Of a stretch of DNA of 64,000 nucleotides, positions 9,268 through 19,397 are shown one piece after another. Numbering within the stretch: position 1 is the first letter of the stretch; each line of letters begins with the position of its first letter. This DNA comes from Candidatus Multivorans sp. Lineage in GTDB: Bacteria; Acidobacteriota; Thermoanaerobaculia; Multivoradales; Multivoraceae. The position numbers and the translations under genes are program-made. The DNA lies in the NCBI GenBank assembly GCA_965224025.1, contig OZ245033.1, positions 2,912,001 to 2,976,000 on the forward strand. The letters run 5' to 3'. The notes under the pieces were generated by a model, which saw only the letters and a program-made list of their open reading frames with translations, did no database searches and was not told the origin of the DNA.

Positions 9268-10364
9268 GGTCGGCTCGCTTGGTGGTGGACGCCGCCAGCG
9301 TCGATCCGCAAGTCGGCGGTCGTTTCATCGAGCCACGGGATCCAAGATCTGCGGCCGCTGTCTCCGTCTACGGCCTCGCACCCGCGGGCGTCCCACTGGA
9401 TCCGCGGCGCCCTCGACACTGACCGAAGAGGCGACACGGCCTGGATTGAGATTCCCCGCGAATCGAGCCGTGCCGCGGTCACCGCGCCCTTCTGCCAGCT
9501 CGTGGCCCTGTCGAGCGCCGCGAGGACGAGCCTTCCGCGCCGCTGGATGCGGACTCGCAGGTCGCCCCAGGTGCAGATATGCGACGACACGAGCCGCGTC
9601 GCGCACCGGCGGACGGCATGCGCCTCGCCGCGGACGACTCGACACAGCCTCTCCTGGACCGGCGAGCTCAAGGGCTGTCCGCTCAGCGCCAGGACCGTCG
9701 CCAGTTGCCGGCCGGAGATCGGCCGATCGTGGGCGGCGGGATCCGTCGGCATCGGGTGCCGGCGCTCCTGCCGCCGGGCCTTGGCGGCCGCGTGGCGGCG
9801 GGCGCCCGGCCATCCGATCAGCAGGCCGAGGAGATCGGTCGCGCCGCTGCTGAGAGCGACCCACCGACTGGCCCTCATCCCAACCGGACAGAGGTGCAGG
9901 TTGCGGACGCGGGCACGGACCGGCTCGCCGCCGTACTCTCCCGTCCGGACGCCCGGTCTGGACGGCACCGCCAGCATCGCCAGCAAGTCGCACCAATCGC
10001 GGACGGCACGGGACAGAGCCACCCGATCGGCGCCCCGCTCGGCGAGCGCCGCGCCGACAACCAGCGCCGCCAGCACCCGGGCGGTGTAGGTGGGGCTGTT
10101 CCACTCACGGAGCTGCCAGCCCTCGCGCTCGTAGCGGCGGACCCACTCCACCAAGGCCTCCCAGTCACCGAGGCCGGCCAGCAGCACAGGGCGGAAGTTC
10201 ATGCTGGTGTCGCGGTCCGTCGTCCGGAGGAGCAGGCCGTCGCGCCGGCGCTGGCCGCGGCGGCGGTCCGAGGCGAACGCCTCGGCCAGGTCTGGGCGGC
10301 CGTTCGCGCGCCAGTAGAGCGCGATATCGCCCAGGTCACGAGGGCCGACCTTAGTCGCCGGCAT
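9264..10364 (-). CDS. Hypothetical prophage cargo protein
   Basis: GGAGGA RBS before ATG 10364; ATGA overlap with the DUF2235 gene; no recognised motif. Confidence 0.5.
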   Translation of the reverse strand: MPATKVGPRDLGDIALYWRANGRPDLAEAFASDRRRGQRRRDGLLLRTTDRDTSMNFRPVLLAGLGDWEALVEWVRRYEREGWQLREWNSPTYTARVLAALVVGAALAERGADRVALSRAVRDWCDLLAMLAVPSRPGVRTGEYGGEPVRARVRNLHLCPVGMRASRWVALSSGATDLLGLLIGWPGARRHAAAKARRQERRHPMPTDPAAHDRPISGRQLATVLALSGQPLSSPVQERLCRVVRGEAHAVRRCATRLVSSHICTWGDLRVRIQRRGRLVLAALDRATSWQKGAVTAARLDSRGISIQAVSPLRSVSRAPRIQWDARGCEAVDGDSGRRSWIPWLDETTADLRIDAGGVHHQASRP

Positions 10365-10427
10365 CGGAATCCTCCGGCAGGCCGTGGATCGCCACGGCCG
10401 CGTTCGCCATCATCTGCGCCTGTTGCA

Positions 10428-11978
10428 TCAGCGTGATGCCTCCTCGGCCTCCAGCCGGCCCCACACCTGGGCCACGAACAGCACTCGCGCCAGGCGCTCG
10501 GCCAGCTCGCCGACGTCCATCTCCGGCCACACCGAGGCGAGGTCCGAGAGCAGCGCCTCGGGGTCCTCCTGCGCCCGGCGCAGGACAGGCTCGATCATCG
10601 GGGCCGCCATCTCGTCCCAGGCGTCGGCGTCGATCGCCGCCATCACCTGCTCGATCCGGTCGAGCTGCCGCTCCGCCAGGTCCACTTGCGTGATGTGGCG
10701 CGACGGCCGTTGTCGCGCGCTGCCGCGCCGCGACGCAAAGGGACGGTCGGCCCACGCCATCTCGGCGTCGGCGGCGCCGGCCCCGGGAGACGTCGGCGGC
10801 GCCGGCCGCTCCTCGCCGAGCTCCACGCCGTACGTCTCCTCGACGTAGGCGTCCGACAGGCGCCGCCCGCTGATATCGACGATCAGCTTGTCCCTTTCCG
10901 CCTGCACGAGGAGGTCCGGGTCCTCCTCCTGCACGCGGCGCAGGATCGGCACGGCCGCCCCGGGCCAGTTCCAGTCGACGATCCACCGCGCGACCTGACT
11001 CCGGAACGAGTCGTGGATCAGCCAGGCGTCCGCGGACACGATCTCCTGGCGGACGTCCATGTGGATCTCCGCTTGGGAGCGCGACGAACCGTCCTCGGAC
11101 GTCATTGTCTCCGAGAGCACCACCTGGGTGATCGCGTCGTTCATCCTGCCGTAGAAGGACTCGTAGTCCATCGTGCCGCCGGAGCGCTCCAGGAGCTCGA
11201 TCGTCGTCGAGTCCGGGACCACGACGCCGGAGTCCGTGTGCAGCGCCTTCACGGCCTCGAGCAGCTTCGCCTTGTCCGCTTCGCTCGCGGTGGGCAGGTA
11301 CCTTCCGACGCCCGTTGGCTGGCCAAACTTCTCCAGCGCCACCAGCCAGAACTCGGTCTGGTGGCGCTTGAACCAGACCGGCCAGTACAGCGCGTGCCCG
11401 AGGCCGCGGCCGTACGGCTCGTCCACGTGATCCGCGCCCGTTGATGTGGTCCAGAACTTCCGGTCCGGCAGGGGCTTGCCCGCGGCGTCCTTCACCGTGC
11501 GCAGCAGCAGCCGCCACCGCGTCGCTCGGCCGCCGTCCTCGGCGCGCCAGGCGAAGCGCCGCCGGTCGCGGGGGAGGATCGCTTCCGGCACGACGTGACG
11601 GCCGTCGCGCATCCACATGACTTCCGCGACGCCCCATCCATAGAGGGTGGCGTACAGCATCTGGTCCGTGATTGCGTCCCACGGCGACCCCCCGAGGACC
11701 TCCTCGAGCTGCTCGGCCGCCATCTTGTCCCGGCGCGTCTTGCCGCCCGGCAGCACTTGCGTCTCGCGGGCGACCAGCGCCGCACGGCGCTGCTGGTGCG
11801 TCGACCAGACCTTGTCGTCGCGGAGCAGATCCTCGTACAAAATATGGTCCGACCGGCCGCGCTCCCGGAGCACACGGTCCTGCGGCGCCAGCCACCACAG
11901 ACCGTCCACCCAGCCGCGGGTGATGTCGCGGCCGCTGGTGACGCGGGCGATCTCGCCCTGGGGCGCCCTGGCCACCAT
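10428..11978 (-). CDS. Mu gp29-like portal protein (DUF935)
   Basis: ATG 11978 overlaps the terminase stop (TGATG). YGWGVAEVMW, PYGRGLGHALYWPVWFKR, EKFGQP, SSRSQAEIH. Confidence 0.9.
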   Translation of the reverse strand: MVARAPQGEIARVTSGRDITRGWVDGLWWLAPQDRVLRERGRSDHILYEDLLRDDKVWSTHQQRRAALVARETQVLPGGKTRRDKMAAEQLEEVLGGSPWDAITDQMLYATLYGWGVAEVMWMRDGRHVVPEAILPRDRRRFAWRAEDGGRATRWRLLLRTVKDAAGKPLPDRKFWTTSTGADHVDEPYGRGLGHALYWPVWFKRHQTEFWLVALEKFGQPTGVGRYLPTASEADKAKLLEAVKALHTDSGVVVPDSTTIELLERSGGTMDYESFYGRMNDAITQVVLSETMTSEDGSSRSQAEIHMDVRQEIVSADAWLIHDSFRSQVARWIVDWNWPGAAVPILRRVQEEDPDLLVQAERDKLIVDISGRRLSDAYVEETYGVELGEERPAPPTSPGAGAADAEMAWADRPFASRRGSARQRPSRHITQVDLAERQLDRIEQVMAAIDADAWDEMAAPMIEPVLRRAQEDPEALLSDLASVWPEMDVGELAERLARVLFVAQVWGRLEAEEASR

Positions 11979-12782
11979 CAGGACACCCACCCGGCCAGGC
12001 CGTCTGCGGCGCCGCGCTGACCGCCGGTGATGAACGACCGGCGCCAGTCCTCGCCCGTGCTGACGCGCCCGCCGGCCGAGTCGGCCGTCGGCGGCCCGAC
12101 CGCCTGGCCGGCCGCCTGGCAGCCGAGCGCCAGCGCCACGACGCTGTCTCCGTGGCGGCCTCCGCGCGCGGTCTGACCGGCTGGGAGCTTCGGCGTCCCG
12201 TTGACGAGCTGCACGGCGCGGTGATCCGAGAGCACGTCGGCCGAACGGGGAATGACGATCTCGCCGTCGTCGACGCGCGCCTTGTACTTCGACATCCACT
12301 CCGCCCACCAGGGCTGGGTGATGCTGACCTCCTCGATCAGCGAGCCCCATTTGTCCGCCATCGCTTCGGCCACCGCCGAGCCGGCGCCGGTCGCGTCCAT
12401 CGCCGCGCCGCCGAACCGCGGCAGACGGCCGGCAATGTGATCGAGGACCTGGAACTGCTGGGCGTGCGGCACCCGGTGCAGCTCGAGCAGGAACGGGCAG
12501 CGCAGAGCGTTCCGGCCGCCAATCTCGATCGGCGCCACGACGCTCAGGGCGATCCGGCGCGCAAAGTCGAAGCCGAAGACGTGCCGCCGCTCGAGGTCCA
12601 GCCGCTCGAGCAGCGGATCGAGGTGCCCCGTGATCCATACGGCCATCTCCACGCGGCGGACGGGCTCCGGCGTGTCGTCCCAGGCCGCCGGCGCAGGGAA
12701 CTGGATCACGGGAGCGTCGTCGGCCATGCAGGCGTCGACCTGCGCGCGGCTGAAGTAGGCGCCGGCGCTCCTGGCCGGGACG
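11978..12782 (-). pseudogene. Mu gp28-like terminase large subunit, C-terminal nuclease half only
   Basis: GFDFAR, MDATGAG and RHGDSVVALAL motifs. The ATPase half is absent; upstream sequence is antisense of the Ig-repeat gene. Confidence 0.8.
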
Positions 12783-15700
12783 CCGACGAAGAGGCAGGAG
12801 GCGACCGGGTACACGTATACGGCTACGGACACGGACGGCGACGCCGCTTCGCTCTCCTTCACGATCGAAGTGGCTGGCAGGGCGTCGGACGATGCGTCGT
12901 TCGCGTCGTACGTCGACGTGCCTTCGACGATGGCGGCGGGTTCGTCGGCGACGGTAGCGGTGCGGATGCGGAACACGGGCACGACGACCTGGACGTCGGC
13001 GGGCGGCTACCAGTTGGGTTCGCAGCGCCCGCAGGACAACGTGACGTGGGGTTTGAGCCGGGTTGCCCTGGCGTCGGAGGTGGCGCCGAACGCGACGGTC
13101 GACTTCACCTTCGCGATCACGGCGCCGGCGACGGTCAAGGGGCACAACTTCCGCTGGCGGATGCTCCGCGGTGCGAGCGGCTGGTTCGGCGACAAGACGG
13201 AGCTTCGCGAGATCACGGTGGAGGCGGACGAGTCGCCGTCGTTCGGCGCGTCGAGGATCCCCGGGCAGACGTGGGTGAAGCAGGTTGCGATCGATGCCCT
13301 GGCGTTGCCCGCCGCAACGGGCGGCAACGGCGAGTTGACCTACGGGTTGGCCGGAGACCTGCCTTCTGGCGTGACCTTCGACGCTTCGACGCGCACGCTG
13401 TCGGGCACGCCGGCGAAGAAGCTGGCGGCGACCGAGTACGCGTACACGGCGACGGACCTCGACGGCGACGCAGCTTCGCTTCTGTTCACGATCGAGGTCG
13501 CCGGCAGGGCGAGAGACGATGCGTCGTTCGTGTCGTACGTCGACGTGCCTTCGACGATGGCGGCGGGTTCGTCGGCGACGGTGACGGTGCGGATGCGGAA
13601 CACGGGCACGACGACGTGGACGTCGGCGGACGGCTACCAGTTGGGTTCGCAGCGTCCCCAGGACAACGTGACCTGGGGTTTGAGCCGGGTTGCCCTGCCG
13701 TCGGACGTGGGGCCGAACGGGACGGTTGACTTCACCTTCGCGATCACGGCGCCGGCGACGGTCAAGGGGCACAAGTTCCGTTGGCGCATGCTTCGAGGTG
13801 CGGCCGGCTGGTTCGGCGACAAGACGGAGATTCACGAGATCGCGGTGAAGGACCCGTCGTTCGGCGACGCCACGATTCCCGACCAGACCTGGGCGAGGGC
13901 CGTGCCGATCGATGCCTTGGCGTTGCCCGAGGCGAGCGGCAGCGGCGGCGTGTTGACTTACGCGTTGACGCCTTCGCTGCCGGATGGCTTGACCTTCACC
14001 GCGTCGACGCGGACAGTGTCGGGCACGCCGACGACAGCGCGGGACGCCGTGGAGTACACGTACACGGCGACGGACATCGACGGCGATGACGCGACGCTTG
14101 CGTTCACGATTGCGATCGAGGCGGCCGAGACGGACGACGCCTCGTTCGAGTCGGTTTCTGGCGTGCCGTCGAAGATCGCCGCCGGCGGCACGGCGACGGT
14201 GACGGTGACGATGACGAACACCGGCACGACGACGTGGACGTCTTCCGCGGGCTACGGTCTCGGTTCGGAGAGTCCTCAGGACAACGACACGTGGGGTCCG
14301 AGCCGGGTTTCTCTGCCGACGGACGTGGCGTCGAACGAGTCGGTCGCCTTCACGTTCACGATCACGGCGCCGGAGACGACGGGTAGCTACACGTTCGCGT
14401 GGAGCATGGTGCGCGATCCCGGGGCGTGGTTCGGGTCCGGCACGGGGGACGTGACGATCGAGGTGGAGGACCCGTCGTTCGGCGACGCGGCGGTTGCCGA
14501 CCAGACGTGGGCGCAGGACACGATGATCGATGCGTTGACGCTGCCTGAGGCGGGCGGCAGCGGCGGCGTGTTGACCTACGCGTTGACGCCTTCGCCGCCG
14601 GATGGCTTGACCTTCATCGCTTCGACGCGGACACTGTCGGGCACGCCGACAGCAGTGCAGGGACCAACGGAGTACACGTACACGGCGACGAACGCGGGCG
14701 GCCGTGCGGCGACGCTTTCGTTCTCGGTCGCGGTGGCGCCGGCGCCGAGGGACGACGCGGTGTTCTTGTCCTACACGGGCGTGCCGTCGAAGATGGCGGC
14801 GGGCGGCGCGGCGACGGTGACGGTGACGATGCGGAACACGGGCACGACGACATGGACGTCTTCCGCGGGCTACAGGCTGGGATCACAGCGCCCGCAGGAC
14901 AACGAGACGTGGGGCTTCAGCCGGGTGTCCCTGCCGTCGGATGTGGCGCCGGACGCGACGGCCGCCTTCACGTTCACGATCACTGCGCCGGAGACGACGG
15001 GCAGCCACGGGTTCCGGTGGCGGATGATTCGGGATACGGACGGCTGGTTCGGCGGCAAGACGGAGGTTCGGACGATCGAGGTGGAGGACCCGTCGTTCGG
15101 CGACGCGACGATTTCCGACCAGGCGTGGGCGCAGAACACGGCGATGGAGGCGTTGACGCTGCCCGCGGCAAGCGGCGACGACGGGGGGTTGACCTACGCG
15201 TTGACGCCTTTCCTGCCCGACGGCGTGACGTTCAACGCATCGACGCGGACGCTGTCGGGGACGCCGACGGCAGTGCAGGAGGCCGTGGAGTACACGTACA
15301 CGGCGACGGACGCGGACGGCGACGCGGCGACGCTTTCGTTCGAGATCACGGTGGCGCCGTCGTCGTCGTCGTCGTCGTCGTCGTCGGCAGCCAGGGCGCT
15401 TCCGCCTCCGGCGCCGCCCGGCGTCTTCGACATGTTCGAGTACTGGCTGCCGCCGCGCGGCAGCGCTCTGACGGTACAGGCCCGCCTTCGGGACGGGCGC
15501 ATCGCGCCGGCCGAAGGTTCGTCCTACGTTCGTTCCTTCTGGCGCGGAGACCTGTGGGGAAGGAAGGTGGCTCTCCTGGGCGATCCGAGCGGCGAGCGCT
15601 ACGACATCTTCGAGGAGGTCGAGGACGGCCTCGACTACTGGGGGACGTTTGAAGGCGCCGCGGCAGGCGGCGAAGCCGGTCCTAGCGCGGCGCTTGACCG

Positions 15701-16631
15701 CCCCTTCCGCTGGATGAACCGCCTCATGGCGGTGGGCGATGTCGTGGAGAGTCAGGTGACCGGCCGGTTGCTGTCGAACCGCAGGCGGACGCAGGAGAGC
15801 GTCCTGGAGGCGACGATGCGGCTCGAGGTGGTGTCGCATCGCGCGTCGTTCACGATTCCGGCGGCTGACGGTGTGACGTTCGAGGACGTGCTGGAGGTCC
15901 GCTTCCGGTCGGACATCGAGCGGGCGGAGGCTTACGACACGTTCTACCTCGCCCGGGGCTACGGCGCGGTGTACTCGCGGCGGTCGGCGGTGGCCGCGCC
16001 GGGAGGGGTCGTCGAGTGGTGGGCGGTCGAGAAGGCGCTGACGCCGGTTGTCCCGGCGCCGCCGCTGGTTCCGTGGTTCGATCCGTTCTCTCCGGGCTGG
16101 CCGAAGACGGCGGTGCGGAACGGCAACCTGGACGATTCCGCAAACGGGGTCGAAGGCGGGCAGGTCACGAGCTCCGAGGCGCCGGGCTGGACGGCCGATT
16201 CGGGCGACGCGGTGATCGCCCGGCCGCCTTCGGGTCTCGCCGCGGGCGCCTGGAGCATGCTGCTTCGCGAGAGCGACGGCGGGGGCGACGGTGCGCCTGA
16301 CGCGGCGATCACCGAGGAGTGGATTCCGGTCGAGGGCGGGACGTACCAGCTCTCGGCGTGCATGCGGAGGGAGAGCGCCCGAGACAACGTGTTCCTGGAC
16401 TTCGACGACGGCAAAGGCCTGGACGCGGACTTCGCCGACGCCCACCTGGTGGCTGCTTCGACCGGCACCTGGGAGTGCCGGGCGGTGACGAAGTGCATCC
16501 CCGGCTCGGTGGGGGCGGTCAGGATCCGGGCGGCCCGGGACGGCGCGAACCTGGGCGACGCCTGGTTCGACCGGATCGAGTTGAAGCGGATCGCCGCCTG
16601 CGCGGAGCAGCCGGGGCACTCGCAGCCCTGA
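12771..16631 (+). CDS. Large Ig-repeat surface protein (alternating NBR1-like Ig and He_PIG-like domains, Ser9 linker, C-terminal CBM-like domain), 5'-truncated
   Basis: Four copies each of DDASF...MRNTGTTTW...GWFG and PSFGDA...LTYALTP.LPDGLTF.ASTRTLSGTPT. The frame starts mid-repeat after an in-frame TAG at 12756, with no signal peptide; first start codon is GTG 12870. Confidence 0.78.
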   Translation: MAGTPTKRQEATGYTYTATDTDGDAASLSFTIEVAGRASDDASFASYVDVPSTMAAGSSATVAVRMRNTGTTTWTSAGGYQLGSQRPQDNVTWGLSRVALASEVAPNATVDFTFAITAPATVKGHNFRWRMLRGASGWFGDKTELREITVEADESPSFGASRIPGQTWVKQVAIDALALPAATGGNGELTYGLAGDLPSGVTFDASTRTLSGTPAKKLAATEYAYTATDLDGDAASLLFTIEVAGRARDDASFVSYVDVPSTMAAGSSATVTVRMRNTGTTTWTSADGYQLGSQRPQDNVTWGLSRVALPSDVGPNGTVDFTFAITAPATVKGHKFRWRMLRGAAGWFGDKTEIHEIAVKDPSFGDATIPDQTWARAVPIDALALPEASGSGGVLTYALTPSLPDGLTFTASTRTVSGTPTTARDAVEYTYTATDIDGDDATLAFTIAIEAAETDDASFESVSGVPSKIAAGGTATVTVTMTNTGTTTWTSSAGYGLGSESPQDNDTWGPSRVSLPTDVASNESVAFTFTITAPETTGSYTFAWSMVRDPGAWFGSGTGDVTIEVEDPSFGDAAVADQTWAQDTMIDALTLPEAGGSGGVLTYALTPSPPDGLTFIASTRTLSGTPTAVQGPTEYTYTATNAGGRAATLSFSVAVAPAPRDDAVFLSYTGVPSKMAAGGAATVTVTMRNTGTTTWTSSAGYRLGSQRPQDNETWGFSRVSLPSDVAPDATAAFTFTITAPETTGSHGFRWRMIRDTDGWFGGKTEVRTIEVEDPSFGDATISDQAWAQNTAMEALTLPAASGDDGGLTYALTPFLPDGVTFNASTRTLSGTPTAVQEAVEYTYTATDADGDAATLSFEITVAPSSSSSSSSSAARALPPPAPPGVFDMFEYWLPPRGSALTVQARLRDGRIAPAEGSSYVRSFWRGDLWGRKVALLGDPSGERYDIFEEVEDGLDYWGTFEGAAAGGEAGPSAALDRPFRWMNRLMAVGDVVESQVTGRLLSNRRRTQESVLEATMRLEVVSHRASFTIPAADGVTFEDVLEVRFRSDIERAEAYDTFYLARGYGAVYSRRSAVAAPGGVVEWWAVEKALTPVVPAPPLVPWFDPFSPGWPKTAVRNGNLDDSANGVEGGQVTSSEAPGWTADSGDAVIARPPSGLAAGAWSMLLRESDGGGDGAPDAAITEEWIPVEGGTYQLSACMRRESARDNVFLDFDDGKGLDADFADAHLVAASTGTWECRAVTKCIPGSVGAVRIRAARDGANLGDAWFDRIELKRIAACAEQPGHSQP
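12889..15386 (+). repeat. Four intragenic tandem units of ~620 bp plus a (TCG)9 microsatellite
   Basis: Units begin near 12889, 13516, 14134 and 14752; TCG x9 at 15360-15386. Confidence 0.85.
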
Positions 16632-16733
16632 CGAACCTGGGGCGCCGGCTCACGAACTGTTGTCACCGAACGACGAGTTGCGGAGGTCGATCCGGACGGC
16701 TGAAGCAGACAGCCTGGTCCTGGCCTGGTCGGC

Positions 16734-16773
16734 GCCGAGAAGTGTTGATTTGCCAACACTTCTCGGCTAACAT
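16734..16773 (+). promoter_or_regulatory. Sigma70-like promoter overlapped by a perfect 14-bp inverted repeat (operator)
   Basis: gccgagaagtgttg-atttgc-caacacttctcggc; TTGATT (16745) and TAACAT (16768) are 17 bp apart. Confidence 0.55.
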
Positions 16774-16806
16774 GCTGCGGCCATGGGGGTCAGGAGAAGA
16801 AGACCG

Positions 16807-18137
16807 ATGACGCGACTTGTCGTCGGCGCCTTGCTGTTTCTCGGCTGTGTCCCGGAAGGAGATGCTGATTGGCCACAATGGCGTGGACCGGGAGGACTTG
16901 GGGTTTCAATCGCATCCGATCTTCCGGTTGAATGGTCGGATGCGGAGACGAACACCCGCTGGACTGTCGCACTTCAAGGACAGGGCAATTCATCTCCGAT
17001 TGTCGCTTTCAACACCGTCTATCTTACAGAGGCACGACGAGAGAATCCGGGCGAGACCCCCAAGAGATTCTCCAGATGGCTCCTGGCCGTTGACGGTGAG
17101 AAAGGCGCGGTGAAGTGGGAGAAGCGAATCGTAACCACCGATGCAGAACCGAAGCACCGGCAAAACACATTCTCCAGTCCAACTCCGGTTGCTGACAGAC
17201 ATGGTGTGTACGTTATTTCGGTGCTCATCTCGCTCGTGTACTCCACGCAGGAGATGTTGACTGGCTGGTTGAGGTGGACCCGGACTACGCTGCCACTTAG
17301 CGCTACGGCGCGGCGAGTTCTCCCGTACTCGCTACGGATGTCGTTATCGTCCTGCAAGACCGCGAGTGGGGCTACGGGCAGCGACCTTCTCACGTAGGAT
17401 GGATTGCCGCTTTTGACCGTGGCAACGGCGCGCTCCGATGGAAGCACGAGTGGGCGGGCCAAAAGGGGCCGTGCTGCACATACACAACACCCCTCATCGT
17501 GGGGAGCGGACACAGAGAGCGGCTGATCGTTGCCTACTCCTGGATCATGCGCGAATACGATCCGCAGACAGGCGAGGTTCTCTGGTCATACGAGTACACT
17601 GACGGTGGGTGGGCGATCAACCAGTTGGCCTCTAGCCCCGTCTTCGAGGATGACCTTCTGGTCGTTTCGGGCGGTGCTCACGCCGTCAAGTCCACTCAGG
17701 CATTCAGCTTCGTAGCGTCGGATGCGAGCAGCAGGCCGCTGTTGCTATGGGGCAATGAGCAGGCGGTGCCCGAAACCAGTTCCCCGTTGCTGATGGATGG
17801 AATACTCTACACGGTCACGGACAACAGGACCATGAGTGCCTACGATGGGCATACTGGTCGTCTCCACTGGCGGCAGAGGCTCCCTCCGAACGGTAAGTAC
17901 CAAGCCTCTCTTGTAGGTGGATCCGGTCGGGTTTATGCGGTCGCGCCCGACGGTGTCGCAGTAGTCGAGGCTGGAAAGGAGTTCAAGCTACTAGCGAACA
18001 ATGTTTCGAATGGCGTAATCAGCAACGGATCGCTCGCCGTCGGGGCTGAGTGCTTGCTGCTGCGGATGCAAAGCACCCTTCGCTGTATTGAACGCTCAGG
18101 ATCGACGGTCGAGTCAGATCAAACCCATCCCGGCTGA
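16807..18137 (+). pseudogene. PQQ-binding-like beta-propeller protein, disrupted
   Basis: DWPQWRGP, GNSSPIV, SSPTPVAD, SSPLLMDG. A frameshift at ~17214 and an in-frame TAG at ~17298 split it into ORFs 16783-17397 and 17499-18137. Visibly more AT-rich than the flanks. Confidence 0.75.
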
Positions 18138-18139
18138 AC

Positions 18140-18822
18140 CGGGCCGGCGCCGACAGCCGTGCAGGTGGACCTGGAGTTGCTGCGCGGCGCGCCGGCGCGG
18201 CTGGAAGTGCCGACTCCCGACGGCAGCGTCCTGTCCGCCGAACGGAGCGTGTTCGAGGACCGGGGCGGCGGCGACCTGATGTGGTCCGGCGGTCAGCCCG
18301 GCGCGGGGTACGACACGGTGGTGCTGACGGTGGAGGGCGGCCGGCTGGTGGGCCGCTTCGGGGCGGCCGGCGGCGGGGCGTACCAGATCCACGCGGAGCG
18401 GGACGGCCGCGGCGGCCGAGAACTGGGCTGGCCGCGGCGGCGCCCGCCGGTTCCTGCCGTTTCGATGAGGAAACGACTTGCCTTCAGGACTCGCGCTTCG
18501 AGGTGAAGGCGAACTGGTGGAGCGCAGACGGCGAGTCCGGAGCCGGGCGCGTGGTCTACGCGGGCACCAACGACTCGGGCCTGTTCCGGTTCTTCGACCC
18601 CTGAACTGGGAGATCCTGGTCAAGGTGCTGGACGGCTGCGGGATCAACGGGCGAATGTGGGTGCTGGGCGCTGCGACGACGGATCTGGGATACCGGATCG
18701 TGGTCACCGACGCGGTCACCGGCGAGTCGCGGTCGTACGTGAACGAGCCGGGCCGGCCGGCGCCTGCGATCGTCGATACGGAGGCCTTCTCCGGGGCCTG
18801 CGGCGGCGGCGCAGGGCCTTGA
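18140..18822 (+). pseudogene. Remnant of a secreted protein: metallopeptidase-like prodomain plus the Thermoanaerobaculia-type C-terminal domain
   Basis: CRFDEETTCLQDSRFEV...DSGLFRFFDP/NWEILVKVLDGCGINGRMWV...TTDLGY...DTEAF. Frameshift at ~18600; the central region and start are missing. Confidence 0.6.
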
Positions 18823-18916
18823 GCGGTGTGCCGGCGCGGTCGCCCCGCTGGGCCGGCCAGGGCGCAGCGGCTCGATGGGCGTTTGTTGTAAGTACGACTG
18901 GTAGCCTGCCCGCACC

Positions 18917-19285
18917 ATGCCAAGACACTCCGCGGCTCAGGTTCTTGCACTCCCGGCGATCGTCCTCCTCGCGGCCTGCGGCGTTTCCGCGCCGGTCGGC
19001 ACGCCGAACGTGCCGATGGGCTGGGGTACCCACCACGAACTCGAGCTCTACGTCGAGGCCGGCCTGACGCCGATGGAAACCCTCGTCGCGGCCACTGCCA
19101 CGGGCGCCGGCCGCGTGCCGCCGGTCGGCGAGGCGGACTTCGGCACGCTGACTGCCGGCATGAGCGCCGACCTGATCGTGCTGAGCGCCGACCCGCTGGC
19201 CGACATCCGGAACACTCTCCAGATCGACCGCGTGATGCTGCGCGGCGAGTGGGTGAACCGCGACGGGCTCCTGCCGTCGCCCTGA
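18917..19285 (+). pseudogene. Lipoprotein amidohydrolase with internal deletion (signal peptide fused to C-terminal ~95 aa)
   Basis: LLAAC lipobox joined at ~18987 to HHELELYVEAGLTPME...GTLTAGMSADLIVLSADPLADIRNT. Confidence 0.7.
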
Positions 19286-19397
19286 GACAACCCTGAAACC
19301 AGAACGGACCAGCGGGACGTCAGGGGGAGCGACCGATTCGACCGGGCTCCGGGCCGTACCCGGATGCCGACCGGAGGTCGGCGTACCCAGCGAGCGG

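Larger units (their letters stand above)
6348..12782 (-). mobile_element. Mu-like prophage remnant (head/packaging module only)
   Basis: Mu gene order: terminase (gp28-like), portal (DUF935/gp29), MuF (gp30), virion morphogenesis (gpG). Both flanks are deletion junctions. Confidence 0.85.

Noticed and set aside
10428-13835. 1135-aa ORF suggesting a giant portal fusion
   Set aside because: The N-terminal ~620 aa are Arg-rich off-frame or antisense translation; the real portal starts at ATG 11978.
12889-15355. DGR template/variable repeat pair
   Set aside because: Differences between repeats are not adenine-specific and there is no reverse transcriptase.
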